The position numbers and the translations under genes are program-made. A stretch of DNA of 64,000 nucleotides from a virus, in IMG/VR virus record IMGVR_UViG_3300009999_000002; one strand, given 5' to 3'. Each line of letters begins with the position of its first letter. Position 1 is the first letter of the stretch. This document shows positions 48,680-58,142 of the stretch, one piece after another. The notes beneath the pieces are model-generated. The model made no database searches. It saw only the letters and a list, made by a program, of their open reading frames with translations, and had not been told where the DNA came from.

Positions 48680-50050
48680 TTGGCAATCAAGAAGGCTCAA
48701 GCAAACTATGATAATGGAACGACGTTTGATACGCTCCATTATGAAACACAGGCAAGTCAAGTAAAGGTAGTCGATGCTACGGGAAACGTAGTCTCTGATC
48801 TATCTGAGACGTTATTAAATGGAAAGACACTCACAGGAGTAAGCATTCTTTCTGTGAGAAGTACAGGTCGGTACTTCGTCGTAAATCCTACTGGATCACC
48901 TATCACTCCTGCCATAGACACGGCATATCAGTTAGAAGTAACGACAATGAAGAAAGCTTCCGGAACGCTTCTTACGATTCAAGTGTTCTACGATCATCGA
49001 TATGCAGATGTTTATCGTCGAGTATTAGATGATGATGCAACGACAGGATCTTGGGTTCGTAGCGGTAAATTCGTATCCGACTTCATCAAGTCGGTCGGAG
49101 ATCCCACTGCATTGACGACTCAATCTAAAGCTGTCGTAGGAGCTATTAATGAGGTAAAGAGTGCTTTAGATAACACGAATAACGTCGTAATCAAACGAAT
49201 CAGTGATGAGATTACCGGAGTTACGAATGCGCTCAACGCCCATAATCACGACGACAGATACCTTAAGCTCATTGGCGGAAACGTTACGAGTACTTTATCC
49301 GTAGCAAATAACAAGTCGCTTGCAGGTAGAGATTCAAGTGGTGCCACAGACTTGAACATCGGTAAAGTCAATACGACAAGTGATGTTGTCCTTGGTGATA
49401 CGAAAGCGAAGTCAATCATTCAGACAAAGGATAACAACCTTTATGTTACGAATGGGACGAACACTTACAAAGTCCTTCATACAGGGAATGACGGTGCAGG
49501 TTCTGGTCTGGATGCGGACAGAATCGATGGTATCGAAGGAGAGCAGTTGGCTCGACAAGACTCCATCAACTACTACACGCAGGATCAGATTATCGACAAT
49601 TCGAAGAGTATGATTCTTAAGGCAACGTCCGGTGCAGGCAATGCAGGATCGATCTACTGGAAACTTTCAGATGGGACGATCAAAGGTAAAATTGGAGTCA
49701 GCGCTAGTAGCGAAATGTACTTCACTGCTAATGGATTGACAGGACATCGTATTCAAGCCGACGGTAAAATGGAATCCATTTATGACCATGTATTGAATGC
49801 AAAAGAACGTCAGGTCGCTATCCGATTCAAGCTCGATGATAATGACGAGGGCGCAGGGTTCTACATGAACAACAATACGAAACAGGTTGGATTCTTCGAC
49901 TGGAAATACGGTGAGGCTATCTTCCGGACAGACCGTGAAGATCAGACTGTTAAATTCACTAACTCTATCTTTGTTCAGAATCATAAGCTTTCAATTCAGT
50001 CTACTGCTCCATCTAAGCCTGCTACAGACGATATTTGGATTGCTATTTAA
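48680..50050 (+). CDS. Tail fibre / receptor-binding protein
   Basis: LTTQSKAVVGAINEV, HNHDDRY and HTGNDGAGSGLDADRIDG fibre motifs. Confidence 0.8.
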   Translation: MAIKKAQANYDNGTTFDTLHYETQASQVKVVDATGNVVSDLSETLLNGKTLTGVSILSVRSTGRYFVVNPTGSPITPAIDTAYQLEVTTMKKASGTLLTIQVFYDHRYADVYRRVLDDDATTGSWVRSGKFVSDFIKSVGDPTALTTQSKAVVGAINEVKSALDNTNNVVIKRISDEITGVTNALNAHNHDDRYLKLIGGNVTSTLSVANNKSLAGRDSSGATDLNIGKVNTTSDVVLGDTKAKSIIQTKDNNLYVTNGTNTYKVLHTGNDGAGSGLDADRIDGIEGEQLARQDSINYYTQDQIIDNSKSMILKATSGAGNAGSIYWKLSDGTIKGKIGVSASSEMYFTANGLTGHRIQADGKMESIYDHVLNAKERQVAIRFKLDDNDEGAGFYMNNNTKQVGFFDWKYGEAIFRTDREDQTVKFTNSIFVQNHKLSIQSTAPSKPATDDIWIAI

Positions 50051-50083
50051 TTAAAACTAATGAACGAATAGAGGCGAGATGAG

Positions 50084-50722
50084 TTGGGAAGTATTAAGAA
50101 GTTCAATGGCACTTCATGGGTTGACGTGCCATTCAAAAAATTTGACGGGACAAAATGGGTTGAGCCTGAAATTAAAAAGTATGATGGTACAAAATGGGTT
50201 GTAATGAACCGACAGGAGTACACGAAGACATGGAATACAATCTGGACTCGCACATACAATGAAGATGGAGTGCGTCGAACAGATGCTCGAGGAACCAAGC
50301 TTTATCAAGGTGAGTACCTTGATGAGCCTTGGGGAATCTTCAGGTCACTGATTGGATTTGATAATGGAGCTATTAGAGCAGAGCTTGCCGGAGCGCAAAT
50401 CAAGGATGTAAAGCTCTATCTTAGAAATGAGCATTGGTATTACTATGGTGGAGGAACTGCGGTACTTGGATATCACAATCATTCTTCAGAACCAACAAAA
50501 TATAGTCATACCAAATACGACGCTAAGAGACAAACATATTCCGATCGTGGACAAGCGCAATGGATCGATATGCCAAATGCTCTTGGAGAAGGGATTCGTG
50601 ACGGTGATCTAAAAGGAGTGAGCCTTTTCGCTAACTCTGAAAGTATGAATTATTATGGCTATTTCTACGGGAATGGCGACGGTGATAATCAGCCTAAGCT
50701 AAAAATCACATATGTAAAATAA
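50084..50722 (+). CDS. Minor tail protein
   Basis: Triple KKFDGTKW repeat plus a C-terminal beta domain ending PKLKITY. Confidence 0.6.
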   Translation: MGSIKKFNGTSWVDVPFKKFDGTKWVEPEIKKYDGTKWVVMNRQEYTKTWNTIWTRTYNEDGVRRTDARGTKLYQGEYLDEPWGIFRSLIGFDNGAIRAELAGAQIKDVKLYLRNEHWYYYGGGTAVLGYHNHSSEPTKYSHTKYDAKRQTYSDRGQAQWIDMPNALGEGIRDGDLKGVSLFANSESMNYYGYFYGNGDGDNQPKLKITYVK

Positions 50723-50793
50723 TCAAATATTTAATAGGTTGAGACGAGTTTCTTCCTATTTAAATAGAGTATTAAAGAATAGGAGGGGATAGA

Positions 50794-52446
50794 GTGGCAA
50801 AAACAAAAATTGCCGACTTCTCTCACCATCAGGGAGTAGTGGATTGGAGCAAGGCAAAAGATGATCTTGCTCTAGCCATTATTCGAGTCCAGTATGGTAC
50901 TGGATTAGTTGATAGACAGTACAAGAGTTATATTGCAGGATGTAAAAAATACGGAATACCATTCGGACACTATGCCTACGCTCTATATAAAGATGTAGCA
51001 GGAGCCAGAGCAGAAGCTAAGGCATTCCTTGAAAGAGCTGATGACGAAGCTAGTTTTCTAGTTGTCGACGTTGAAGAAATGACGACACGAAACAAGAGCG
51101 ACATTGTTCCGGCTACGCAAGCTTTCATTGATTATTTACATGATCATGGAGTAAAAAAAGTAGGACTCTATACGGGTCACTCATTTTATAGTGAACATGG
51201 AATGAGTAAGGTCGACGCTGACTTCTTATGGATTCCAAGGTATTCATACAATGACAACGGTCAGGTTCACTCTGTTAAGCCTGTTATCGGACATGATATC
51301 TGGCAGTTCAGTCAGAATGGAAGACTATCAGGCGTTGGTGGAAGTATCGACTTAAATGTACTCAGTGGACGGAAGCCTTTGAGTTACTTTACTAGCAAGA
51401 CGACCTCTGCTCCGAAGCCTGATCCTGAACCCGTAAAACCTCCGGAGCCACCGAGTAAATTCGACAAGCCACCAAAGCTAGTCGGCAAAGCAGATTATGT
51501 TGCACTAATGAAGAACCTTGCAGGAACAGCAAGCAAAGGTACCAATATTCCTCCCGAAGTTATCTTGGCTCAGTGGGCATGGGAGTCAACATGGGGAAGA
51601 AGTAACCTTGCTCAGACAGGAAACAACTTTGCAGGGATTAAGTACACGAAGAATGCAGACTTCAACAATAATGGTTGGTCTGGTTACTATACAATCGATA
51701 GATTCGTAAAGGACTATATCCGAGTCATGAATCTGTCTTACTATACAGCAGTCCGGAATGCAGATAGCATCAAAGCAACAACGGACGCTTTAGCTAAATC
51801 ATCCTATTCAGCGAATGATCCAGAGTATGGAGATAACATATATGAGATCATCCGTTACAATAAATTCACTGATTTATCATTCGGTACGGCAGTGTTGAAA
51901 CCATCTGTTCCGGCTACTCCAAAGCCTCCTGTGGTTGAGCCACCAAAGCCGAAACCGAAACCAAAGCCTAAGCCAACGCCACCACCTCCTCCACCCAAGC
52001 CAACACCGCCACCACCAAAGCCACCGCCACCAGTCGTCGTAGTGACTCCAGTAGTGGTTAAGGAGGGCGATACATTAGGTGATATCGCAAAGGATAACGG
52101 AACGACAGTTGGTGAGATTAAGAAAGAAAATGGCATGAAAGACACGGACAAGGTGCCTGTCGGATCGGTTATCCGTGTCCCTACCAAGAAAGAATTCAAG
52201 GATATCTCTGGACTGCCTAGCAATATCTACGGTGGGATTGTCATTCTCGCAAGCAAAGTAAATATCTATGATAACGCTGATGTGAAGTCTCGGATTCGAG
52301 CGGTTACTCAGAGTGGAGATAAATACAATGTATTCGGTATGAAGAATGGTCTCTATGCTCTGAGCGGAGACACTTATATCACTGCTGATGAAACCAAGGT
52401 TAAGTTCACCAAAAACCCTAACTATCGTATTGGTGAGAAGGTTTAA
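50794..52446 (+). CDS. Multidomain endolysin: GH25 muramidase + GH73 glucosaminidase + Pro-rich linker + LysM + SH3b-like
   Basis: ADFSHHQG/VVDVEE/WQFS (GH25); ILAQWAWESTWG..NNFAGIK (GH73); VKEGDTLGDIA (LysM). Confidence 0.9.
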   Translation: MAKTKIADFSHHQGVVDWSKAKDDLALAIIRVQYGTGLVDRQYKSYIAGCKKYGIPFGHYAYALYKDVAGARAEAKAFLERADDEASFLVVDVEEMTTRNKSDIVPATQAFIDYLHDHGVKKVGLYTGHSFYSEHGMSKVDADFLWIPRYSYNDNGQVHSVKPVIGHDIWQFSQNGRLSGVGGSIDLNVLSGRKPLSYFTSKTTSAPKPDPEPVKPPEPPSKFDKPPKLVGKADYVALMKNLAGTASKGTNIPPEVILAQWAWESTWGRSNLAQTGNNFAGIKYTKNADFNNNGWSGYYTIDRFVKDYIRVMNLSYYTAVRNADSIKATTDALAKSSYSANDPEYGDNIYEIIRYNKFTDLSFGTAVLKPSVPATPKPPVVEPPKPKPKPKPKPTPPPPPPKPTPPPPKPPPPVVVVTPVVVKEGDTLGDIAKDNGTTVGEIKKENGMKDTDKVPVGSVIRVPTKKEFKDISGLPSNIYGGIVILASKVNIYDNADVKSRIRAVTQSGDKYNVFGMKNGLYALSGDTYITADETKVKFTKNPNYRIGEKV

Positions 52447-52512
52447 AGCAAAAGTATTGCAAATCTTCTCCTTAATATAAAAAAACTAATTCAACAAAAG
52501 GAGTCTACAATT

Positions 52513-53646
52513 ATGACTAAGAAAATCGCAGACCTATCGTATCACCAAGGGAACATCAACTTCGCACTCGCTAAGGAAGAGTTGGATCTCGCAATCATTC
52601 GTGTTCAGTACGGAACGGGATTCGTCGATCCAAAGTACAAGGAGTATGTTGCTGAATGCAAAGAGCATGGCATTCCTTTTGGACATTATGCTTATGCACT
52701 CTATAAAGATGTTGCCGGAGCTATCGCAGAAGCCAAGGCATTCCTTCAACGTGCTGATAAAGATGCTGAGTTCCTCGTCGTTGACGTCGAAGAGCAGACA
52801 TGCCGTAATCCAAAAGATCTAGTCCCTGCAACTCAAGCATTTATCGACTACCTTCATGCTAACGGAGTCAAGAAAGTTGGTCTCTACACTGGTCATTCAT
52901 TCTACACAGAACATGGTATGAGCAAGGTAAAGGCGGACTTCCTATGGATTCCACGCTATGCGATGAATGATAACGGAACGCTACAATCTGTCCGTCCGAA
53001 CTTTGATTGCCATATCCACCAGTTCACACAAAACGGTCGTCTCAAAGGTGTTGCCGGAGCCGTCGACCTAAACGTATTGTGCGGATCTAAGTCACTCGCA
53101 TACTTTACTGGAGCTGATAAAGTCGAAGCGAAGCCAGTCAAGAAGCCAACGCCAAAGCCAGTTGAGAAACCTGCTCCGACACCTGTTAAGAAACCATCTG
53201 CTGTTAAGGCGTCGGACGGAGTTGCATACGATAAGCATACTGTTAAAGCAGGTGAGAACCTTACGACAATTGCTAAGAAGCATGGTGTTTCAATCGCAGA
53301 TATCCAGAAGCTCAATGGTATCAAAGATGCGAACAAGATCGCTGAAGGACAAGTCCTCAAGATCAACAAGAAGCCTCTGAAAGCTACTCCTAAACCTACT
53401 CCGGCTCCGGCTAAAAAGCCTGCTGTCGGTAGCAAGATTTACGGAACTCTCACTGTAACTTGTGAAACGCTTCGTCTTCATGATAAGGCTAGCCTATCAT
53501 CTGCAACTGTTAAGTATGCTGAAAAAGGCGACAAGCTCAACGTTCTTGGAATGAAGAACGGATTGTACGTCCTCGAAAAAGACATGTATGTCACATCGAG
53601 CGACAAGTATGTTCGATTCACAAAGAATCCTGCATACAAGAAGTAA
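52513..53646 (+). CDS. Endolysin: GH25 muramidase + LysM + SH3b-like
   Basis: ADLSYHQG/VVDVEE/HQFT; HTVKAGENLTTIAKKHGVS LysM. Confidence 0.92.
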   Translation: MTKKIADLSYHQGNINFALAKEELDLAIIRVQYGTGFVDPKYKEYVAECKEHGIPFGHYAYALYKDVAGAIAEAKAFLQRADKDAEFLVVDVEEQTCRNPKDLVPATQAFIDYLHANGVKKVGLYTGHSFYTEHGMSKVKADFLWIPRYAMNDNGTLQSVRPNFDCHIHQFTQNGRLKGVAGAVDLNVLCGSKSLAYFTGADKVEAKPVKKPTPKPVEKPAPTPVKKPSAVKASDGVAYDKHTVKAGENLTTIAKKHGVSIADIQKLNGIKDANKIAEGQVLKINKKPLKATPKPTPAPAKKPAVGSKIYGTLTVTCETLRLHDKASLSSATVKYAEKGDKLNVLGMKNGLYVLEKDMYVTSSDKYVRFTKNPAYKK

Positions 53647-53653
53647 TGTCAAT

Positions 53654-53678
53654 GAGAGGCAGTGATGCCTCTCTTTTT
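53654..53678 (+). terminator. Intrinsic terminator
   Basis: GAGAGGCA-gtga-TGCCTCTC followed by TTTTTT. Confidence 0.8.
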
Positions 53679-53695
53679 TAGAAAGGAGAACATGT

Positions 53696-54232
53696 ATGAA
53701 ACTGAACAAAGGAGATATTGTCTTTGTAAAAGGCAAGAGTATTATCTCTAAAATAATCATGGCTTTCGACAAGGGCAAGTTTAGTCATTGCGGAGTCGCT
53801 ATCTCTGATTCGATGATGATCGAAGCGGAATACTCTCATAAGACAGGAGCGGTGAAATTCGATCCTAGCAACTATTTGGACTACGAGGTTATTGATCTCG
53901 GTCTCACTGCAACTCAGAGGGAATCTGTTCGAAGAGAAGCTATTGCTATGGTTGGTAAGAAATATGATTTTGGTCAAATCGTTTGGTATGTGATTGGAGA
54001 CCTGTTCAACATTAAAGGAAAGAATCGATTCAACAATCCGAATAACCTCATCTGTTCTGAATTGGTCTATATCGTTTTGAACAATTCAAATGTACTGGAT
54101 GATCTTGGAATCGTAGAATCGTTTTCCCAAGGAACCGACCTTACTCCAAATCAACTCTACGACTTACTAAAGTTCGCATCCAAAAACAGCGTCCAGAAAA
54201 ATACGAGACGAGAAGGAATTATCTCTGGATAA
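53696..54232 (+). CDS. Permuted papain-like NlpC/P60 (YiiX/YebB-family) protein
   Basis: GDIVF...FSHCGV (His first) ...GKKYDF...LICSELV (Cys last). Confidence 0.85.
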   Translation: MKLNKGDIVFVKGKSIISKIIMAFDKGKFSHCGVAISDSMMIEAEYSHKTGAVKFDPSNYLDYEVIDLGLTATQRESVRREAIAMVGKKYDFGQIVWYVIGDLFNIKGKNRFNNPNNLICSELVYIVLNNSNVLDDLGIVESFSQGTDLTPNQLYDLLKFASKNSVQKNTRREGIISG

Positions 54233-54411
54233 TCGATTCGAGTTCCTTTATAATAAAAGGGCAGAGCTGATCAGTAAGAAAGTGCGAGTCATGACCGCAC
54301 CAACTAAATATACGAGAAAGCGGACAAGTCGAAATTTGGCTTCGTCCGTTAATTTTTTCGCCAAAGTTAACATAATACATATTATCAATAGCTGTATGGG
54401 AACGGTTCTCA

Positions 54412-54509
54412 TTTGTCTCACAATAGGTGAATACTTGTTATTTTGAGATATCATAAGTTAAGAATCTTGATTTTGTCTCATAATACGTGAATACTTAATA
54501 TAGTGAGAT
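54412..54509. repeat. Two imperfect 38-bp direct repeats with 60-bp period (probable operator/promoter pair)
   Basis: TTTGTCTCAcAATAgGTGAATACTTgtTAttTGAGAT versus TTTGTCTCAtAATAcGTGAATACTTaaTAtagTGAGAT. Confidence 0.7.
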
Positions 54510-54535
54510 GAAACGAAAATTTGGAGGTGATCCGG

Positions 54536-54880
54536 ATGATGTTCGGAAAAAGAAAACGTGATTTTACTAGACGGCATTTCAATACCACGTTGAGCAAGGA
54601 ACTACTGGATGAGATAAGAGAAATTGCAAAAGAGAGAAATCTCCCATATGGTCACATACTGGAAGAGGGGATGCAGTGGTCTATAGAAAACGTGTTTCCA
54701 AAGAGGGGATTCGTCAGGAGAGAAAAGCCAAGTGATCGCATCCGGATCAATACTACTTTCAACACTTCCCTATTCAAGCAAGTAAAGGCTAGAAGTACGA
54801 AGCTTGGAAGAGGCATATTTGCAAATGATTTAATTGAAGAAGGAATGAGATATATAATAGAAGAAAAAAAGAGAGACTAG
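54536..54880 (+). CDS. Tandem ribbon-helix-helix DNA-binding protein
   Basis: Two repeats RxxxNTT(L/F)...EEGM; GGAGGTG RBS. Confidence 0.75.
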   Translation: MMFGKRKRDFTRRHFNTTLSKELLDEIREIAKERNLPYGHILEEGMQWSIENVFPKRGFVRREKPSDRIRINTTFNTSLFKQVKARSTKLGRGIFANDLIEEGMRYIIEEKKRD

Positions 54881-54909
54881 CGCCCTCCCTCGCCCGTCCC
54901 TCTTGCAGA

Positions 54910-55116
54910 TTATATTGACTTTAAAACATGAATTGCAACCTCAAATTGCCTTATCATCTCTGATACGTCGTTCGTTGTAAATTGTGCATTTTCTAGAGGA
55001 AGCTTGTGAACCAAGTCTGCCATCGATTTGATTAGCCTCAATCTCTCCTCTAAGTGATGAATAGGATGCTCTAACGGGACATTAGACATTCCTTCAAACA
55101 GATTGTCTACAGTCAC
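54910..55116 (-). CDS. Small hypothetical protein
   Basis: AGGAGG RBS before the GTG start. Confidence 0.6.
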   Translation of the reverse strand: MTVDNLFEGMSNVPLEHPIHHLEERLRLIKSMADLVHKLPLENAQFTTNDVSEMIRQFEVAIHVLKSI

Positions 55117-55155
55117 TTTGTCTCCTCCTATATATCCTTGATAGTAGGTTGATGA

Positions 55156-56103
55156 TCAATTTTCCCCCTGTGTAATTCTAAGTTCAATCTTAAGCTTTCC
55201 GTTGCTCGTAGTAATTACTTCACTAGCCAATGAGAGCAATCGAGCGATATGTTCCCCACTGTACTGTCCATCCAATGCAAATGAGAGCGTTTCTGTGGAT
55301 ATATTCACATTAGATTTATGGTTATTTACCCCGTTTTGTTCATCTGTAATAGTGCTTTTCAATTCTTCGGAAGGTTTTTCTGGCATGTTAGCCATAGTTT
55401 CCTGAAGATACTTGTACTTCTCATCTTTAGACTTATCTGATTGCTTACGACTTCTTAGCTCCTTGGCTTCCTTGGCACGTTGCTCTTTTAGAAGTCTCTC
55501 TTGCTTCTCTCTTCTCTTCTTTACACGCTGAGCAACGCTGTATAGATAAGAGATGTCAGATGATTCCCAGTTTCTACTTAACTCAGCAACGGTTTCAAAG
55601 AACTGGAGATAATTAGAGATAATTTCGTTCTTCTCTGGGTTAGATTTGCTTCTAAAATCTTCATAACTAATCATTCTTTCTTTGAATTCATCGATATTCT
55701 CTTGCGTTGGCTTGCCTGTCACGACAATTCCTCCTTCGACTACATCAGTGCCGGATTGCATTTCTTCTAGATTGTCTAATAATCTATAAAATGTTGAGCT
55801 TGATATCCCCATAGATCGATGTATATCAACCTTTTTGTGCGATTGCTTCCAGAGAGACATAAGTCTCAATTGTTCAGAGATGTCTCTGTTCATAAATTCC
55901 TCATAAGAAATAATGTCTTCCATGCCGTACACCCTGACCTTTCCGTTTAATGCTTGTCTTTCTTTGTTGGTCATATAGTAATATGGTGTTTTGAGTGGCT
56001 TATTAGATCCACCTTTTCTAGTTGACTTACGAGAGAAAATGCCTCGTCCTATGCGCTTTTTGTCTCGGATCTCTTCTATAAACATTCTCTCAAATTCATT
56101 CAA
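55156..56103 (-). CDS. Hypothetical protein with HTH-like repeats
   Basis: IHRSMGISSSTFYRLL HTH; internal repeat ISYE(E/D)F; TTG 56103 behind AAGGAG. Confidence 0.6.
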   Translation of the reverse strand: MNEFERMFIEEIRDKKRIGRGIFSRKSTRKGGSNKPLKTPYYYMTNKERQALNGKVRVYGMEDIISYEEFMNRDISEQLRLMSLWKQSHKKVDIHRSMGISSSTFYRLLDNLEEMQSGTDVVEGGIVVTGKPTQENIDEFKERMISYEDFRSKSNPEKNEIISNYLQFFETVAELSRNWESSDISYLYSVAQRVKKRREKQERLLKEQRAKEAKELRSRKQSDKSKDEKYKYLQETMANMPEKPSEELKSTITDEQNGVNNHKSNVNISTETLSFALDGQYSGEHIARLLSLASEVITTSNGKLKIELRITQGEN

Positions 56104-56226
56104 TTTCAAAAGCTCCTTTAAACAAGTAAAGCACATGAACTATTATCTTCTACACTCAAAAGTATTGCAAGATATATTTTCTTTGAAAACAATTACAAAG
56201 AAAAAAAGCTACAGGAGACCGACTCC

Positions 56227-56799
56227 CTATAGCTTTTTCTTCAGACAATTGTATCCTGTGGGTTCGAATTTTATGTCAGGTTGAATCCGACCCTCTATTG
56301 ATTTTTTGAGTATAGCACACTTCTCTGTATTCTTCTTACATGAAGCACAATTCGAAGTCTTGAATGATTCAAATTGCTCAATATCTTTAAAGATACCGAT
56401 GTAAGGAGCTTTCTTGAGTACTGCTGAGAATCGTGGGTTCTTAGCATCATACATCACCATTTTTGTCTGGACAAGGATGTTCTTGTCATCGATGAATGCG
56501 ATTCCAGACATTGCATCACATAAGATTTTATAGTAATTGTTATTGTCCTGATTTGTTCTGCTTTGAACAAAGATACACTCTAAGATCCAGTGTCCATCTG
56601 CCGTCTGCTCGATATCCCACTCCTGATCCCTCACGGTACGCTTCAGGAGTGCTTGGAATCTCTTCTTGAAATCCTTTGCCTCTGTCGACTCGTACATATA
56701 CGCCAATGGCTTACCACCGGACATTCTTGACGTTGGCTTAAGGTACTGATTGACGCTCACTGGTAGTTCGTCATAGTTGATGATTAGTTTGTTCTCCAT
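56227..56799 (-). CDS. rusA: RusA-family Holliday junction resolvase
   Basis: LPVSVNQY...DNNNYYKILCDAMSGIAFIDDKNI RusA motif. Confidence 0.85.
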   Translation of the reverse strand: MENKLIINYDELPVSVNQYLKPTSRMSGGKPLAYMYESTEAKDFKKRFQALLKRTVRDQEWDIEQTADGHWILECIFVQSRTNQDNNNYYKILCDAMSGIAFIDDKNILVQTKMVMYDAKNPRFSAVLKKAPYIGIFKDIEQFESFKTSNCASCKKNTEKCAILKKSIEGRIQPDIKFEPTGYNCLKKKL

Positions 56800-56877
56800 A
56801 GTTGTATTCCTCAGATCTATTTGAATTAGATCCTCCTGAACGAGTAAAAGCGAGACGATTTACGCCTCGCAGTTCAA

Positions 56878-57060
56878 TCATTGTAGTGTTGTGTCCGGTG
56901 ACGGAAGCGAAGCTAATTGCTCCACTAGACTTTCAATGATGTCATCTTGAGCCGTGTTGATGACGCCATGGAAAATGTTTGTCCGGTGGAGAGCCTTAAT
57001 AATAGTAGCCAACTCTTCCTTAGATTTTAAATGAATCGTAATTCCCTCTTGATGTCCCAT
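56878..57060 (-). CDS. Small hypothetical protein
   Basis: AAAGGAG RBS, 60 aa. Confidence 0.55.
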   Translation of the reverse strand: MGHQEGITIHLKSKEELATIIKALHRTNIFHGVINTAQDDIIESLVEQLASLPSPDTTLQ

Positions 57061-57127
57061 AAAAATATCTCCTTTATTTAGTGTATGGTAGTTGAAATTA
57101 TTCGTAATAAAACTCAGATTTCATTAA

Positions 57128-57478
57128 TCAGATTGTATAGAATCCAGTCAATACTTCTAGCGACATATCTCGGATCATGTCCATTCTGATTCCTTGATCC
57201 AATACTACTTTCGTTCCTTTATCGATATCGACAATATCCAGTCCACCGACAATCTTGTCATATCCGCTAGCTTCAGTGAGATAACGTGCCATATACTTGG
57301 TGCCTACCAAGACATAAGCATCTAGCTGACGAGCTACTTTGATCAATCCTGTAGTCTTACCGATGCCTCGCTGATGAGGACGGATGCCGATAAGCTCCTT
57401 GCGCTTACTTGCTTCTAAAAGCTGTTTGCAAATCTCATCTGACAGCATAAGTTCTGTATAGGTTACTTTTGTAGTCAT
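57128..57478 (-). CDS. Hypothetical protein with P-loop-like motif
   Basis: RGIGKTT motif; GAGG RBS before ATG 57478. Confidence 0.55.
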   Translation of the reverse strand: MTTKVTYTELMLSDEICKQLLEASKRKELIGIRPHQRGIGKTTGLIKVARQLDAYVLVGTKYMARYLTEASGYDKIVGGLDIVDIDKGTKVVLDQGIRMDMIRDMSLEVLTGFYTI

Positions 57479-57813
57479 CGTGTTACCTCGCAAGCAACGA
57501 CATCGAAGACTGAAGCATCAATATCAAAGGCAAGGCATGCTCCAAAGCTAATAGCGATTGGAGCTGAGACAGCTACCGTCTTGCGCATTGTTTCAAAGCC
57601 ATCATTATATCGAATGTTGCAGAAGTAACCCTTTTGAGTAATGGAGTCTCTTACTCCTCGACCAGAGTTCCGGACTAGGAAGTGAAATCCTAGACTCTCC
57701 AATTTCTCCAGTAGAGTCCAAGCGTCTTCAATATTCGATGTGGGGTTGAACCCTTTTCCATCTGTATATCCCATTACCTTTGTAGCTAGTTCCTCATTGA
57801 TCTTCATGAACAT
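57475..57813 (-). CDS. Phage ABA-sandwich-domain-like protein
   Basis: INEELATKVMG...FNPTSNIEDAWTLLEKL...APIAISFGA pattern. Confidence 0.6.
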   Translation of the reverse strand: MFMKINEELATKVMGYTDGKGFNPTSNIEDAWTLLEKLESLGFHFLVRNSGRGVRDSITQKGYFCNIRYNDGFETMRKTVAVSAPIAISFGACLAFDIDASVFDVVACEVTR

Positions 57814-57843
57814 TTTGATTATCCCCTTTGCAATACTTTTGTT

Positions 57844-58008
57844 TTATAGTTTATATGTTGATCCGATTAACGGCTGTCTCTGGATAAGCTCTTCACGAAC
57901 CCAGACCATTAGCTGATACTGATCAGCTTTCTCTTGCAAGCTGATGTTTCTATATGAGTTCAGGTAGCTGATTAGCTCCATGGTAGTCCATTCTTTAACG
58001 ATTTCCAT
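57844..58008 (-). CDS. Small hypothetical protein (54 aa, below the ORF-track cutoff)
   Basis: MEIVKEWTTMELISYL...; GGGAG RBS. Confidence 0.5.
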   Translation of the reverse strand: MEIVKEWTTMELISYLNSYRNISLQEKADQYQLMVWVREELIQRQPLIGSTYKL

Positions 58009-58142
58009 AATCGTTCTCCCTTCTTTTGTCGCTTCCCCTCCTCACTCATTCATTTGCTTTTAATGCAATACTTTTGATTAAGGGAAGAAAGTAGAAACCT
58101 TCTTCACCTACAATAGTAACAGTTTATATAGTTATTGTCAAA

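Noticed and set aside
51925..52035. Pro/Lys low-complexity DNA repeat
   Set aside because: It encodes the proline-rich linker of the first endolysin and is not an independent element.
54248..54454. 68-aa hydrophobic minus-strand ORF as a toxin or holin
   Set aside because: No clear RBS and it overlaps the repeat/promoter region; cannot be supported from sequence alone.
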